A stretch of 64,000 bases of DNA. Origin: an uncultured Allobaculum sp. (GTDB lineage Bacteria; Bacillota_I; Bacilli_A; Erysipelotrichales; Erysipelotrichaceae). Below the pieces are notes generated by a model. It ran no database searches. It was given only the letters and a program-made list of their open reading frames with translations, and was not told the origin of the DNA. Below are positions 28,795-40,576 of this stretch, one piece after another. Made by a program: the position numbers and the translations under genes. Positions within the stretch are counted from its first letter, which is position 1. Every line of letters starts with the position of its first letter. Location: positions 728-64,727 of the forward strand of contig CAJTLE010000001.1 of assembly GCA_910577085.1 (NCBI GenBank). Direction: 5' to 3'.

Positions 28795-29265
28795 ATGGCT
28801 GAAAAAATTTTTGTAACCCAAGAAGGTTTGGAAGAACTCCATGCCGAGCTGGAAAATCTTGTCCATGTCGTAAGACCTGAAGTCATCATTGAACTGCAGG
28901 AAGCCCGTGCACAAGGTGACTTGTCCGAAAACGCCGACTACGATGCTGCCCGTGATCATCAGGCACGTGTCGAAGCTCGTATCAAAGAACTCGAATCTCT
29001 GATTAAAAATGCGGAAATTATCCAGGAAGGTGCAACCGGAACCAAAACAGTTCGACTGGGTTCTACTGTAACCATTCACGATAACAGCGACGGTACCGAA
29101 ATGACATTCAACATTGTTGGTACCATTGAAGCTGACCCATTTAATAACAAGATTTCCAACGAAGCACCACTGGTCAAAGCGATTCTCGACAAAAAAGCTG
29201 GAGATACCGTTCTGGTCAAAGGTGTAGAAGAACCATACGAAGTAACAATTGAATCTGTTCTTTAA
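28795..29265 (+). CDS. greA: Transcription elongation factor GreA
   Basis: 156 aa; EARAQGDLSENADYDAARD coiled-coil finger motif. Confidence 0.95.
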   Translation: MAEKIFVTQEGLEELHAELENLVHVVRPEVIIELQEARAQGDLSENADYDAARDHQARVEARIKELESLIKNAEIIQEGATGTKTVRLGSTVTIHDNSDGTEMTFNIVGTIEADPFNNKISNEAPLVKAILDKKAGDTVLVKGVEEPYEVTIESVL

Positions 29266-29267
29266 TG

Positions 29268-29302
29268 AAAAAGCGTTCGACCTGTTCGAGCGCTTTTCTT
29301 TG
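29268..29302 (+). terminator. Rho-independent terminator of greA
   Basis: AAAGCGTTCGA-CCTGT-TCGAGCGCTTT followed by a T-rich tract. Confidence 0.7.
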
Positions 29303-29712
29303 TATCAGGGAGTTTTGCGGGGATACAGCAGCAGAACTGGAGCTGGAAGCTGCGCCTGGCTGTAAATCTCTTTGGACCTTTGCCTGAATTCAGTCGGACA
29401 GACTGCCCAATCCATACGACCCCTTGCCCGGATCCAGTCAGAAAGTCTGACTCAATCTGGTCATGATATTAAACAGTTAATATTTGATGTATAGCGTTTA
29501 GAGGGGTGGATCTGGCGGCATGGTATACTGAGCAGACAAGACAATCAGCAAGAAAAATCTTTGAAAAGAATCTGCTCAATCCTGTGTGCATGGCTCCATG
29601 TCGGAAACCAAAGACAAAAGGGAAGGGACCAAGAGAGAAACTGGTCTACAGAGCAACTGGCAGGAAGCATGAACAGACAGACGGGAAAACAAGGGAAGGC
29701 GGTCAGGCGGAT

Positions 29713-30654
29713 ATGGTCTACGTTTTGATTGGTGAAGACGCTTCACGAATGGAGTACAAACTGGAGCGGATTAAAAAAGAAGAAAACTGCGATCAGATCG
29801 ATCGCTTTAACTGTGCAAAGGATGATCCGGCCGAGATTAATAATGAGCTGGTGACGATGAATCTGTTTGCCGAAAAACCGATGGTCATTTTGACCAATGC
29901 TACGTTTTTAGGGGCAAAGAACACCACGCCCTTTAAGCCCGAAGAAATTCTGGCCAATATTCCGGATGACAAAGTCGTTGTGATGATGGCCGAAATCAAA
30001 AAGATGGATACCCGCAAGAAGGTCATCAAGAATCTGCAGAATACCGCAAAAGTTCTGGACTGCATGCCGCTGGACGAGAAAAACCAGCCCGGCGAAATTC
30101 AGCAGATGATCAAAGAGCGCAAGCTGAAAATGGATCGGGATGCCTTTGAATGGTTCTGTGCCAATGCAGGCTATTCTCAGCCGGTTCTAGCCGGTCAGCT
30201 CGATAAACTGGCTCTATACTCCGATCACCTGACTCTGGCTGATGTCAAAGCTCTGACGACCGTAGAACCGACGCACAACGTCTTTAAAATGACGGATGCA
30301 CTGTTTCGCAAGGACCGGGTCAAGCTGCTGGAACTGTATCGGACTTTCAGGGGTCAGAATATGGAACCTCAGGCGATTTTGGGGCTGCTGGCCGGACAGA
30401 TCCGTTTTGTTTACCAGGTGCGGGTGCTGATGGACTCGGGCTGTAAAAAAGAAGAAATCATGGACATTCTCAAAGCTTCAAGCGGACGCATCTGGAATAC
30501 GATGAAAAATGCGAATCGTTTCCGGGCTGATCAGCTGCTCGATAACCTGGCTTTGTTATCGAATCTGGATGAAACCATTAAAAGCGGGCGGATGGACCGG
30601 GATACGGCGTTTGAAAACTTTATCCTCCAGATTCAGGATCCGTCGTCCAGATAA
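29713..30654 (+). CDS. holA: DNA polymerase III delta subunit
   Basis: 313 aa beginning MVYVLIGED; size and position next to rpsT match Bacillus. The track ORF (GTG 29506) carries a basic, non-conserved-looking extension, and a TGgTATACT promoter-like element lies inside it. Confidence 0.75.
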   Translation: MVYVLIGEDASRMEYKLERIKKEENCDQIDRFNCAKDDPAEINNELVTMNLFAEKPMVILTNATFLGAKNTTPFKPEEILANIPDDKVVVMMAEIKKMDTRKKVIKNLQNTAKVLDCMPLDEKNQPGEIQQMIKERKLKMDRDAFEWFCANAGYSQPVLAGQLDKLALYSDHLTLADVKALTTVEPTHNVFKMTDALFRKDRVKLLELYRTFRGQNMEPQAILGLLAGQIRFVYQVRVLMDSGCKKEEIMDILKASSGRIWNTMKNANRFRADQLLDNLALLSNLDETIKSGRMDRDTAFENFILQIQDPSSR

Positions 30655-31211
30655 TCGGGGAATGGCTTTTGAAGTCCTTGGATCAAGTCTTTAATGGATT
30701 TGAATTAATCTTTATCGGATTGATTTGCCAAAGATTCGTTTTTTGGACAGAATCCATCAGAAAAGTTCAGAAGCAAAAATATTTTTGAGAGTTAAAAACA
30801 GTCCGCTTTCGATAAAATTGTTTGCGCTTTCGTGTCAGGAACGATGTATGGCGAAAGAAAAATTTCAGACAAGAAAATGGGTAGAGAATAAGGCTGATTT
30901 TCAGGATGGACAGCGCACAAATCTGGAAAAATCAGGGTCAAAGCCGATCAAATTATCGATCAGAAACGATATAAAAAGAAAAACCGAACAGAAAAAACAG
31001 ATCGAAAAAAAGAGCTGGAAGGCCATGATGGTCCTCCAGCTCTTTGAATTTTGATCGCCCGTAGAAATTGAAGATCTGTAAAGACCGGGTTTCTTGCAGA
31101 CATGATCTGCCATCTGGGCAAGTCCTGCAGCAGGGCACAAAAAAACGAAGCCGAAGCTTCGCTTTTGTTGTTTTGATCAAAACGACAAATAACTGACTCG
31201 TAGAGAGTCAT

Positions 31212-31241
31212 TTAAAAAACGATATCTAAAAGGATATCGTG
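31212..31241. terminator. Bidirectional hairpin terminator immediately downstream of rpsT
   Basis: ACGATATC-TAAAAG-GATATCGT flanked by A6 on one side and T5 on the other. Confidence 0.75.
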
Positions 31242-31244
31242 TTT

Positions 31245-31508
31245 TTACTTGATAGAGTTAACTGCTTTAGCAAGTCTGGATTTCTGGTTGGAAGCATAGT
31301 TTTTATGCTTGAAACCTTTAGAAACAGCTTTATCCAGTTTGGAGCAGGCTTCAGCATAAGCTGCAACAGCTGCTGCTTTATCTTCAGCTTCTACGGCTTT
31401 CAGCACTTTTTTGATCGCTGTCTTGAGAGCTGATTTCTGAGAAACATTGCGGCTTCTTGCTTTATTATTCGTGAGAACACGTTTTTTCTGCTGTTTGATC
31501 TGCGGCAT
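31245..31508 (-). CDS. rpsT: 30S ribosomal protein S20
   Basis: MPQIKQQKKRVLTNNKARSRN... typical bS20; 87 aa. Confidence 0.95.
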   Translation of the reverse strand: MPQIKQQKKRVLTNNKARSRNVSQKSALKTAIKKVLKAVEAEDKAAAVAAYAEACSKLDKAVSKGFKHKNYASNQKSRLAKAVNSIK

Positions 31509-31617
31509 GGGTACACCTCCTGACGTAACGCTTTGAAATTATAGCAAAGTGCTTTTTACAATGCAACAAATGCCCGCCTGATCAGTTATAATACAAACCC
31601 GAAAGGGGGCATTCCTT

Positions 31618-32550
31618 TTGAATTCCAGAATTATTTTTATGGGGACTCCCCAGATTGCGGCCGATGTTTTACAGGCACTGATCGACAATGATGCCAACGT
31701 TGTCCTGGTTGTCTGTCAGCCAGACCGCAAAGCTGGCCGTAAGGGTCAGCTGCACGAATGTGAAGTCAAACAACTCGCACAAAAACATAACATTCCTGTT
31801 TTCCAGCCGGAACGTATCCGCAAGGACTATGAACCAATTGAAAAAGCCAACGCCGATCTGATTGTGACCTGCGCCTATGGCCAGATTGTACCAAAAGCAG
31901 TCCTGGATGCACCAAAACAGGGATGCGTCAACTTACACGGATCCATTCTTCCTGAATACCGCGGCGCTGCCCCAATTCAGCGTGCCATTTATGATGGCAA
32001 GACAAAAAGCGGTATGTCCTTGATGAAAATGGAAGAGGGCATGGATACCGGTGGTGTGGCTGCCATCAAGGAAATTGAAATTCTTGATACGGATAACACC
32101 ACAACCTTATTTGAAAAAATGGGGAAAGCAGCCGGTGAGCTGCTGATTGAAAATCTTGAAGCATTACTGGATGGTTCTGCACACTTTGAAGAACAGAATG
32201 AAGCTATGGCAACGTATGCTGCCAAGATTTCCAAAGAAGAAGAACAGATCGATCTGAGCAGATCAGATCGTGAAATTTTCGACCAGATCCGGGCTTTATC
32301 CAGAACACCCGGCGGGTATGTCATGGCCAACAACCAGAAGCTCAAACTGTTAACCGTACGCTATGTGCCCGGTGAGACACCAGGTATTGGTGTATTTGCC
32401 GCACCAAGTAAAAAACAGTTTGCGATGGGTGGTCATGAGGGACTTTTCTTGCTTGATGAAGTTCAGCCCGAAGGCAAAGCTGCCATGAGAACCGCTGATT
32501 TTGTCAACGGCAAAGGCCGCAGCCTGATTGGAAAGAAAGCGGGGGAATAA
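31618..32550 (+). CDS. fmt: Methionyl-tRNA formyltransferase
   Basis: [11 protein letters not shown] and [18 protein letters not shown] motifs. TTG start lies 8 nt after a GGGGG SD. Confidence 0.9.
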   Translation: MNSRIIFMGTPQIAADVLQALIDNDANVVLVVCQPDRKAGRKGQLHECEVKQLAQKHNIPVFQPERIRKDYEPIEKANADLIVTCAYGQIVPKAVLDAPKQGCVNLHGSILPEYRGAAPIQRAIYDGKTKSGMSLMKMEEGMDTGGVAAIKEIEILDTDNTTTLFEKMGKAAGELLIENLEALLDGSAHFEEQNEAMATYAAKISKEEEQIDLSRSDREIFDQIRALSRTPGGYVMANNQKLKLLTVRYVPGETPGIGVFAAPSKKQFAMGGHEGLFLLDEVQPEGKAAMRTADFVNGKGRSLIGKKAGE

Positions 32551-32551
32551 C

Positions 32552-34357
32552 TTGGATCAGAAAAATATCCGAAATTTTTCAATCATCGCGCATATTGACC
32601 ATGGAAAATCGACGCTGGCCGACCGGATTCTCGAACTGACGGATTCCGTTGAAAAACGGGAAATGAAAGACCAGATTCTCGACAGCATGGATCTTGAACG
32701 GGAGCGCGGAATTACCATTAAACTCAACGCCGTCGAACTGGTGTATCACGCCAAAGACGGCCAGGACTATCTCTTTCATCTGATTGATACGCCGGGGCAC
32801 GTTGACTTTTCCTATGAAGTGTCGCGCTCTTTAGCGGCCTGTGAAGGGGCCATTCTGGTTGTTGACGCTGCTCAGGGTGTTGAAGCCCAGACCATGGCGA
32901 ACGTCTACCTGGCTTTAGACAACGACCTGGAAATTCTTCCAGTCATCAATAAAATTGACCTGCCAAGTGCTCAGCCGGATGTCGTGAAAGAAGAAATTGA
33001 AAACCTGATTGGACTGGACTGCACGGATGCCGTCGAAATCTCAGCTAAATCCGGACTGAATGTTGATCAGGTTCTTGAAGAAATTGTCCACAAACTGCCA
33101 GCGCCATCGGGCGATGCGACAAAACCATTGCAGGCTCTGGTTTTCGACTCTGTCTATGACCCATACAAAGGCGTTATTGCCTGGGTTTCCATCAAGAACG
33201 GAAAAGTCAAAGTCGGCGACAAGATCAAACTGATGGCTTCCGGAGCCGAATACGAAGTCACAGAACTGGGTGTGCGCACACCAAAACTTTTAAACAAAAC
33301 TGAACTTGAAACTGGGGATGTCGGCTGGATTGCGGCATCGATCAAAGACATCAAAACCGTCCGTGTTGGTGACACGATCACCTTATCCGATCAGCCAGCA
33401 GATGAACCACTCAAGGGATATAAAGAAATGCAGCCAATGGTCTATGCCGGTATTTATCCTGTCGATAATGCCCGCTATGACGATCTGAAAGAAGCCCTCG
33501 AAAAACTGCAGCTCAACGATGCATCCCTGCATTTTGAACCGGAAACATCCCAGGCCCTTGGCTTTGGCTTCCGCTGCGGCTTTTTAGGCCTGCTGCACAT
33601 GGATGTTGTTGAAGAACGACTGGAACGGGAATACAACCTCAACCTGATTGCCACTTCGCCATCCGTAATTTACCGGGTTCATAAAACGGACAAGACGGTC
33701 GAAGAAGTCGACAACCCGGCTGCTCTGCCGCCTGCTCAGAAAATCGACTACATTGAAGAACCATATGTCAAAGCCGAAATCATGGTGCCAAAAGACTATG
33801 TCGGAACCATGATGGAACTCTGCCAGAAAAAACGCGGTGAATACGTCGATTTACAGGTTCTCGATGATACGCGTATGGAGCTGGTTTACCAGATGCCATT
33901 GTCCGAAATCATCTTTGACTTCTTTGACAAGATGAAGAGTGCAACCAAAGGCTACGCCAGCTTTGACTACTCGTTCTCCGGCTATCGCAAATCCGATCTG
34001 CAGAAGCTCGATATTCTGCTCAACGGCCAGCCGGTCGATGCCTTAAGCATTATTGTCCACAAAGACTTTGCCTATTCACGCGGCAATGCCATGACGATCA
34101 AGCTGAAAGACCTGATTCCAAAGCAGCAGTTTGAAATTCCAGTTCAGGCTGCCATTGGAAGCAAAGTCATCGCCCGTACGAACATCAAAGCCCTGCGCAA
34201 GAACGTCCTGGCCAAATGTTATGGCGGTGATATTTCCCGTAAGAAAAAACTGCTTGAAAAGCAGAAAGAAGGAAAGAAGCGCATGAAGATGGTCGGCAGT
34301 GTTGAAATTCCACAGGAAGCCTTTATGGCCGTCCTGTCCATGGACGAAGACAAATGA
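32552..34357 (+). CDS. lepA: Translation elongation factor 4
   Basis: [24 protein letters not shown]1 motif, DTPGHVDF, and the LepA C-terminal domain. TTG 32552 is preferred over the track start 32528, which overlaps fmt. Confidence 0.95.
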   Translation: MDQKNIRNFSIIAHIDHGKSTLADRILELTDSVEKREMKDQILDSMDLERERGITIKLNAVELVYHAKDGQDYLFHLIDTPGHVDFSYEVSRSLAACEGAILVVDAAQGVEAQTMANVYLALDNDLEILPVINKIDLPSAQPDVVKEEIENLIGLDCTDAVEISAKSGLNVDQVLEEIVHKLPAPSGDATKPLQALVFDSVYDPYKGVIAWVSIKNGKVKVGDKIKLMASGAEYEVTELGVRTPKLLNKTELETGDVGWIAASIKDIKTVRVGDTITLSDQPADEPLKGYKEMQPMVYAGIYPVDNARYDDLKEALEKLQLNDASLHFEPETSQALGFGFRCGFLGLLHMDVVEERLEREYNLNLIATSPSVIYRVHKTDKTVEEVDNPAALPPAQKIDYIEEPYVKAEIMVPKDYVGTMMELCQKKRGEYVDLQVLDDTRMELVYQMPLSEIIFDFFDKMKSATKGYASFDYSFSGYRKSDLQKLDILLNGQPVDALSIIVHKDFAYSRGNAMTIKLKDLIPKQQFEIPVQAAIGSKVIARTNIKALRKNVLAKCYGGDISRKKKLLEKQKEGKKRMKMVGSVEIPQEAFMAVLSMDEDK

Positions 34358-35475
34358 TCCCTTCGGCCTACGTTCATATTCCATTCTGTGCTCACATCTG
34401 TACCTATTGTGCATTTGCCAGAACGGCAAGACTCGACTGGATTGAACCCTGGCTTGAACAGTGTGTTGCTGAAATCCAGACCTCGTTGCGCCATGCCAGA
34501 AAAGAAGATGAAAACTTTGCGCTCCAGACCGTCTATTTTGGCGGAGGAACACCAAGTCTTCTTTCTGTTGATCAGCTCAAAAGACTGACCGATTGCTTTC
34601 AGCCCTATCTTGCGGATGAATATGAATGGACCATTGAAGCCAACCCGGAATCGATTGATAAAGAAAAGCTGAGGTTTCTGCACCAGGCAGGCCTAAATCG
34701 GCTTTCCATCGGGATTCAGACTTTTGATGATGCAAGACTAAAACAGCTTGGCCGTCATCACTCCAGCAGTCAGGCAAAAGAATGCATTGCAATGGCCAGA
34801 AACGCCGGCTTTGACAACATCAGTTTTGATCTGATGTATGGCTTTCTGGATCAGACCCCAGAGCAGCTTGAAAATGATCTGGATGCCTTTCTGGATCTGG
34901 ATGTCGAACATCTGTCGATTTATTCACTGATTCTTGAACCAGATTCCATTCTTGGCCGCAGACAGACGGAAGAGATGGACGAACAGGAAAGCGGCCAGCT
35001 TTTCGAACAGATCGAAACCCGCCTGGAAAAAGCCGGCTATACGCATTACGAAATTTCTTCGTATGCCAAAGAAAACCACTATGGTCTTCACAATGTGCTC
35101 ATATGGCAGGATGGTCTGTATTATGGCTTTGGCTATGGTGCGATCGGCCGCAATGAACAGGGGCTCTATCACCATACAGGAGGGCTCAAAGACTACATCG
35201 AAGGAAATAGCCAGCTTGAATATGATGAAGATGCCAATCCCTGGTTCGATGCCATCATGACCGGCCTGCGGACAATCTTTGGATTGAATCTGAATGCCTG
35301 GAATAAGAAATATGGCTTTGACTTTGAAGCACGCTATCCAAAAACGCTTGAACGGTATGCTGATCATTTCCAGCTGAAGGATGGATATCTGAGTGTGGAT
35401 CGCAAGGGAATGGAAATCCTGGATTCCATTCTGGTGGATTTTCTGATGGAAGATGAATCTGCCGGATCAATCTGA
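34354..35475 (+). CDS. hemW: Radical SAM heme chaperone HemW (HemN-like)
   Basis: CX3CX2C (CAHICTYC) near the N-terminus; ATGA overlap with lepA; conserved lepA-hemW order. Confidence 0.9.
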   Translation: MIPSAYVHIPFCAHICTYCAFARTARLDWIEPWLEQCVAEIQTSLRHARKEDENFALQTVYFGGGTPSLLSVDQLKRLTDCFQPYLADEYEWTIEANPESIDKEKLRFLHQAGLNRLSIGIQTFDDARLKQLGRHHSSSQAKECIAMARNAGFDNISFDLMYGFLDQTPEQLENDLDAFLDLDVEHLSIYSLILEPDSILGRRQTEEMDEQESGQLFEQIETRLEKAGYTHYEISSYAKENHYGLHNVLIWQDGLYYGFGYGAIGRNEQGLYHHTGGLKDYIEGNSQLEYDEDANPWFDAIMTGLRTIFGLNLNAWNKKYGFDFEARYPKTLERYADHFQLKDGYLSVDRKGMEILDSILVDFLMEDESAGSI

Positions 35476-35918
35476 TCTTTATAGTTTCGTCCCTGCAGTT
35501 TCTTCCTTAGAGCTTCCAGCAAGCATTCAGCCCTTTGAAAACTTGAACCTTTCAGGATCCAGACTGAATCAGAGACATCTGATGGTCTGGGTCCTTTTCT
35601 ATTGGTGGATGATGTTTTGGCGGATTTGATATGAGTGAATTCGTTTGATATCCTTGCATTGGCTGCCATATGAAAGCCCTATGTCTGACGCCGGGGGATG
35701 CGGCTTTTTTCACTGCCATTCAGTTTTTCATTTTCTGGGCAATGAATTGCCGGAAAATGAATGCTGGGACTTGTTCTTTTGAACAAAAAAGACTAAACTG
35801 TAGCAGTTCGCTTCAGAAACCACTGAAACGAAGATTCTGACCGGATTCATACGCGGTATCTGGACACTCCGACCAATACTTCGTATCGAACGGAAATCGA
35901 AATGAAGGAGAAAATTTC

Positions 35919-36182
35919 ATGACAAATGCAGAAAAGCAGGCAATCATTAAAGAATTTGCCGTACACGAAGGAGATACAGGTTCTCCTGAAGTTCAGGTTG
36001 CTATCCTGACTCGCCGCATCAACGAACTGACTGAGCACTTCAAAGTTCACAAACACGACTACCATTCCTACAGAGGTCTGATGCAGATGGTTGGTCACAG
36101 AAAAAATCTGCTGGCTTACCTGAAACGCAAAGATCTGGAACGTTATAAAGCTCTGATCGCAAGACTTGGTCTGAGAAAGTAA
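35919..36182 (+). CDS. rpsO: 30S ribosomal protein S15
   Basis: 87 aa; [37 protein letters not shown] is typical uS15. Confidence 0.95.
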   Translation: MTNAEKQAIIKEFAVHEGDTGSPEVQVAILTRRINELTEHFKVHKHDYHSYRGLMQMVGHRKNLLAYLKRKDLERYKALIARLGLRK

Positions 36183-36535
36183 GCGCAAGCTTGCTTTTTT
36201 TTTACGCTTTTGAACGCTGCGGCATGATGTTTGTTCACGGTTTGGGATCACTTATGGCGACGATCTGCTCTGGTCTGGATGCAGTCTGGTCTGTTAGAAC
36301 GGATAAGTGTCTGCCCATCAGATGATGAATATGGTTTATGTTCATGATTTGAAAAGTGGGCAGGTTACCGGATCTGACCAGATAAATCAACTTCAGGGTG
36401 GGGAATCGTATCTTATAATGATGGAATCAGGTGTCTTGAAAGTCGTTTTAACCTGATTTTCAGATTGTTATGCCTACAATAAAGACATGGACTGCCTGGT
36501 CAGTCTGTTTTTTAGAAAAAGGAAAAAAGATAATT

Positions 36536-37762
36536 ATGAATCGATCTCTACAAAAAATGACAGGCGCAGCCATGGCTGCTCTGCTTTCGTGCAGCCTGTT
36601 GAGTGCCTGTTCCAGTGCGCCGGTCAAAGTTACCGAAGAAAACGCACCAAGTGAACTGTTAAAGAAAACAGCCGCCATTACCAGCGACTCTTCTTCTCAG
36701 GATGTTGTGGATGTCTTTCGTTCTTTGATTGATGCAACAAGCAAGGAAAGTGATCATCGTCTGATTTTTACGGAAGACGTCAGCAGTAAAGGACTTTCCC
36801 TGGACAGTGAGGATTTATCCACGGTCGAAAACAGCTTTAAAAACTATGATGTCCGTTATGGCGGTGAGAATGCTTTTTATCAGCTGTATGAAGAAGTTTC
36901 CCAGGACCAGCCGATTTTTGGTCTGATGGAATCCAGCCCGAAAAACATCACCACGGTTTACGTCAATCCGACCGAAGACGAAGAAGCCCAGGAAGTGTTA
37001 GGCAAAACCCCACAGGACTTCACCATTGATCAGATCTCAGTTTCTGACAGTGCTTTAAAAGATACGAGTGAGGAAGAACTGCGTACAAGCATTGATAATG
37101 CGGTTGTGTATCCATTGAACACTCTGCTTGGAGCAAGCCTTGTCCTGCAGCCAACCGATATTCCTTCCATCTATACGTATGACCTCGAAAAAGTCGGCAG
37201 TGAATACACCTGGACGATTGCGATCAAAGACGTTGAAGAATACAATACCCAGCTTGATGAAGCTTATCAGGCCGGCTATGGCCATGATCGCAACGATATC
37301 CGCGGCGATGGTTCTTATGTTCTCGATTCCTGCGATATCACGGATGTCACCATGAAAATGACCATGAATGAAAATGGTGCCTTAAGCAAGATTTCCATCA
37401 CCAATAAGTCGACCGCTGTTCTTGAAGGCGATTCTGCTGATCTGTACAGCACCGACCAGGTAGAAATCAAACAGGCTCCTGAAACATGGGGTGAATTCTT
37501 CACCACTTTCTTTGATCAGATCAATGACAAGTCGCTGGCTGAAAATGACACCTTCACCCTGCTTGGTGACGCGAAGGCTAAAGACGATTCCAGCAAGGCT
37601 TCTGAATCAAAGAGCGAAGAATCCAAGAAAGAAACCACAGAATCCAAAGCCGACTCTGAAAAGAAATCTGAATCTGAAGCAGACTCTGAAAAGAAATCAG
37701 ATGCCAAATCCGAGTCCAAAACAGATTCAAAATCGGAAAGCTCCAAGTCCGAATCCAAATAA
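36536..37762 (+). CDS. Lipoprotein of unknown function with an S/E/K-rich C-terminal low-complexity tail
   Basis: Signal peptide with lipobox LLSAC(S). Start chosen at ATG 36536 (the track ORF starts at 36470). The tail is SESKSEESKKETTESKADSEKKSESEADSEKKSDAKSESK.... Confidence 0.7.
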   Translation: MNRSLQKMTGAAMAALLSCSLLSACSSAPVKVTEENAPSELLKKTAAITSDSSSQDVVDVFRSLIDATSKESDHRLIFTEDVSSKGLSLDSEDLSTVENSFKNYDVRYGGENAFYQLYEEVSQDQPIFGLMESSPKNITTVYVNPTEDEEAQEVLGKTPQDFTIDQISVSDSALKDTSEEELRTSIDNAVVYPLNTLLGASLVLQPTDIPSIYTYDLEKVGSEYTWTIAIKDVEEYNTQLDEAYQAGYGHDRNDIRGDGSYVLDSCDITDVTMKMTMNENGALSKISITNKSTAVLEGDSADLYSTDQVEIKQAPETWGEFFTTFFDQINDKSLAENDTFTLLGDAKAKDDSSKASESKSEESKKETTESKADSEKKSESEADSEKKSDAKSESKTDSKSESSKSESK

Positions 37763-37836
37763 CGGATTTCTGGCCCTGACCGGGTTTGAAGATGAAGATC
37801 AACCCTGATCATCACATCGCATTCATTTGAATGACT

Positions 37837-37869
37837 GACCATTTCCTTACGGGGAGATGGTCTTTTTTC
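37837..37869 (+). terminator. Rho-independent terminator of the lipoprotein gene
   Basis: GACCATTTCC / GGAGATGGTC stem followed by TTTTTT. Confidence 0.75.
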
Positions 37870-38076
37870 ATTTCCTCATTTTCTGCTTTGGCTTTCTGTT
37901 TTTCAGATTTTTACAATCCTAATTCTGGTCTTTGCAATGAATGCCTTTACAACATTTTTATGCGAATAAATAACAGTTCGAGCTCAGGAAATTGGAATTT
38001 ACATGTTTGAGTGATTGTAAAATTTTGTTATGTTATGATGTCCCTTGACAAAATAAGAGAGGTAAAAAATAACAAG

Positions 38077-40329
38077 ATGTCAAAACAGGTATTTCATCTT
38101 GACTTTTGTGGAAAAAACATCACGGTAGAGACCGGCGAAATTGCCAAACAGGCAAGCGGTGCCGTGATCGTCCGTTATGAAGATACAGTCGTCCTGTCTA
38201 CAGCTGTGGCCAGCCAACAGGCTAAAGAAGGACTGGACTTCTTTCCACTTACAGTCAGCTATGAGGAAAAGCTGTATTCAGTCGGAAAAATCCCTGGTGG
38301 ATTCTTACGCCGTGAAGGCCGACCAACTGAACACGCAACGCTGACTGCCCGCATGATTGACCGCCCGATCCGTCCTTTATTTGCGGAAGGTTTCCGTAAT
38401 GAGGTTCAGGTAGTCAATACGGTCTTATCCGTAGACCAGGATGCTTCGTCCGAAATGGCCGCGATGCTTGGTGCATCTCTGGCTTTATGCATTTCCGATA
38501 TTCCATTCGGCGGTCCAATCGCCGGTGTAAAAGTCGGACTGATCGATGGCGAATACATCTGCAACCCGGATGCTGAGCAGGCAGAACGCTCTGAAATTGA
38601 ACTGACCGTTGCTGGTACAAGCCAGGCGCTCAACATGGTTGAAGCCGGTGCCAACGAAGTCAGTGAAGAAGTTATGCTGGGGGCTTTGATGTTCGGTCAC
38701 GAAAAAATCAAAGAACTCTGCGCATTTGAAGAACAGATTATCGCAGCCTGCGGCAAACCAAAACGCGAAATCGAGCTCTATGCTCCAGATCCAGAACTGG
38801 AAGCTGCTGTTCGTGCAGCTTACGAAGAGGATATCCGCAAGGCTGTTTCCATTCCTAAAAAACTTGAACGCTATGAAGCGATCGACAATCTGATCGATCA
38901 GTGTAAAGCGGAATACGAAGCCAAAGAGTACGCCACTGAAAAAGAAAAGGCTGAAGCCGTTAAAGAAGCCGGCAAAATCTGCCGTTCGATTGAAGCCGAC
39001 GAAGTCCGTCGTCTGATTATCGAAGACAAAATCCGTCCGGATGGTCGTGCCGTGGATGAAATCCGTCCGCTTAACTCTCAGGTTGACCTGCTGCCACGTG
39101 TTCATGGTTCGGCCATGTTCACCCGTGGAGAAACCCAGGTTATTTCCGCAACCACCCTTGGTGCGCTCAACGAAAACCAGATTATTGATGATGTAACGGA
39201 AGTCGAAAACAAACGCTTCATGCATCATTACAACTTCCCACCATACTCCGTTGGTGAAACGGGACGCATGGGCTCTCCTGGACGCCGTGAAATTGGTCAT
39301 GGTGCGTTAGGTGAACGCGCCCTCTCCAAAGTGCTGCCAAGCGAAGAAGAATTCCCATACACCATTCGTACCGTAGCCGAAGTTACCGAATCCAACGGTT
39401 CTTCCTCTCAGGCCTCGATCTGTGCTGGTACGATGTCCTTAATGGCTGCTGGTGTTCCAATCAAAGCTCCAGTTGCCGGTGTAGCCATGGGTCTGATCAT
39501 GAATGAAGAAACAGGACAATACACGGTTCTGACTGACATTCAGGGTATGGAAGATCACTTTGGCGATATGGACTTTAAAGTTGCCGGAACCCAGAAGGGA
39601 ATTACCGCCCTGCAGATGGATATCAAGGTCAAAGGCATCACCAAAGAAGTCTTTGAAGAAGCCCTTGCACAGGCTCACAAAGCCCGTCAGGAAATTCTGG
39701 TCAACATGTTAGAGGCCATCCCTGAACCACGCAAAGAACTGTCTCCATATGCACCAAAGATTGCTCAGATGAAGATCAACCCAGACAAGATCAAAGACGT
39801 CATTGGTCCAGGCGGCAAGATGATCAACCAGATCATTGCTGAATGCGACAACGTCAAGATCGATATCGAAGACGATGGATCTGTTGTGATCTACCACAAA
39901 GATCAGGAAGCAATCGATAAAGCCAAAGCCCAGATCGAAGCCATCGTGCGCGAAGCCAAGATCGGTGAAGTCTATACCGGTAAAGTTGTCCGCGTTGAAA
40001 GCTATGGCGCTTTCGTCAATCTGTTTGGCAAGACCGATGGTCTGCTCCATATTTCCGCCATTTCCTGGAACCATGTAGCCAACGTGGAAGATGTTCTCAA
40101 AATCGGTGATGAGATCGATGTCAAAGTCACTGAAATTGAAGACGGCAAAGTCAAAGTTTCTGCCAAAGCTCTGCTGCCAAAACCAGCAGACTGGAAAGAA
40201 CCCGAACGTTCTCCACGCGGACCTCGTAAAGACAACCGCCGCTCCAATGGTCCAAGAAAGTTTGATCACCACAAAAAAGAGGATCAGCCTTCGGACAAAC
40301 CAGCTCCAAAAGCTGAAAATGCTGAATAA
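38077..40329 (+). CDS. pnp: Polyribonucleotide nucleotidyltransferase (PNPase)
   Basis: Two RNase PH domains (e.g. DFKVAGT), KH ([10 protein letters not shown]) and S1 ([18 protein letters not shown]). Start at ATG 38077 (MSKQVF...). Confidence 0.95.
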   Translation: MSKQVFHLDFCGKNITVETGEIAKQASGAVIVRYEDTVVLSTAVASQQAKEGLDFFPLTVSYEEKLYSVGKIPGGFLRREGRPTEHATLTARMIDRPIRPLFAEGFRNEVQVVNTVLSVDQDASSEMAAMLGASLALCISDIPFGGPIAGVKVGLIDGEYICNPDAEQAERSEIELTVAGTSQALNMVEAGANEVSEEVMLGALMFGHEKIKELCAFEEQIIAACGKPKREIELYAPDPELEAAVRAAYEEDIRKAVSIPKKLERYEAIDNLIDQCKAEYEAKEYATEKEKAEAVKEAGKICRSIEADEVRRLIIEDKIRPDGRAVDEIRPLNSQVDLLPRVHGSAMFTRGETQVISATTLGALNENQIIDDVTEVENKRFMHHYNFPPYSVGETGRMGSPGRREIGHGALGERALSKVLPSEEEFPYTIRTVAEVTESNGSSSQASICAGTMSLMAAGVPIKAPVAGVAMGLIMNEETGQYTVLTDIQGMEDHFGDMDFKVAGTQKGITALQMDIKVKGITKEVFEEALAQAHKARQEILVNMLEAIPEPRKELSPYAPKIAQMKINPDKIKDVIGPGGKMINQIIAECDNVKIDIEDDGSVVIYHKDQEAIDKAKAQIEAIVREAKIGEVYTGKVVRVESYGAFVNLFGKTDGLLHISAISWNHVANVEDVLKIGDEIDVKVTEIEDGKVKVSAKALLPKPADWKEPERSPRGPRKDNRRSNGPRKFDHHKKEDQPSDKPAPKAENAE

Positions 40330-40361
40330 AGACAGTATTGAATAAAACTGAATTGAAAATC

Positions 40362-40393
40362 GGAACCAGGCAGAACTGTCTGGTTCTTTTTTG
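40362..40393 (+). terminator. Rho-independent terminator of pnp
   Basis: GAACCAGGCAG / CTGTCTGGTTC followed by TTTTTT. Confidence 0.75.
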
Positions 40394-40510
40394 CATGCCA
40401 GAATGAACGGCCAGATGGAATGGATCTGAAGAACCAGGAATCGATCTGAAAAAAAAGTCAGAAACCGGGTCAGGGAGGCGGGAAGGAAAATCGGCACATT
40501 CAATGAGCGG

Positions 40511-40576
40511 TTCATGACTGATTCATGACTGATTCGTGATGGAATCATGAACGGACCATGAACAATCCATGCACAG
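40511..40576. repeat. Six phased 11-bp units centred on CATG/CGTG
   Basis: The six units are TTCATGACTGA, TTCATGACTGA, TTCGTGATGGA, ATCATGAACGG, ACCATGAACAA and TCCATGCACAG. Confidence 0.85.

Noticed and set aside
29506-29712. N-terminal extensions offered by the ORF track for holA (29506), the lipoprotein (36470), pnp (38011), rqcH (53633), alaS (22882), the macro-domain gene (13487) and pstS (58381)
   Set aside because: In each case a downstream ATG has a proper SD and yields the canonical conserved N-terminus, while the extension is non-conserved-looking or overlaps promoter or terminator elements.
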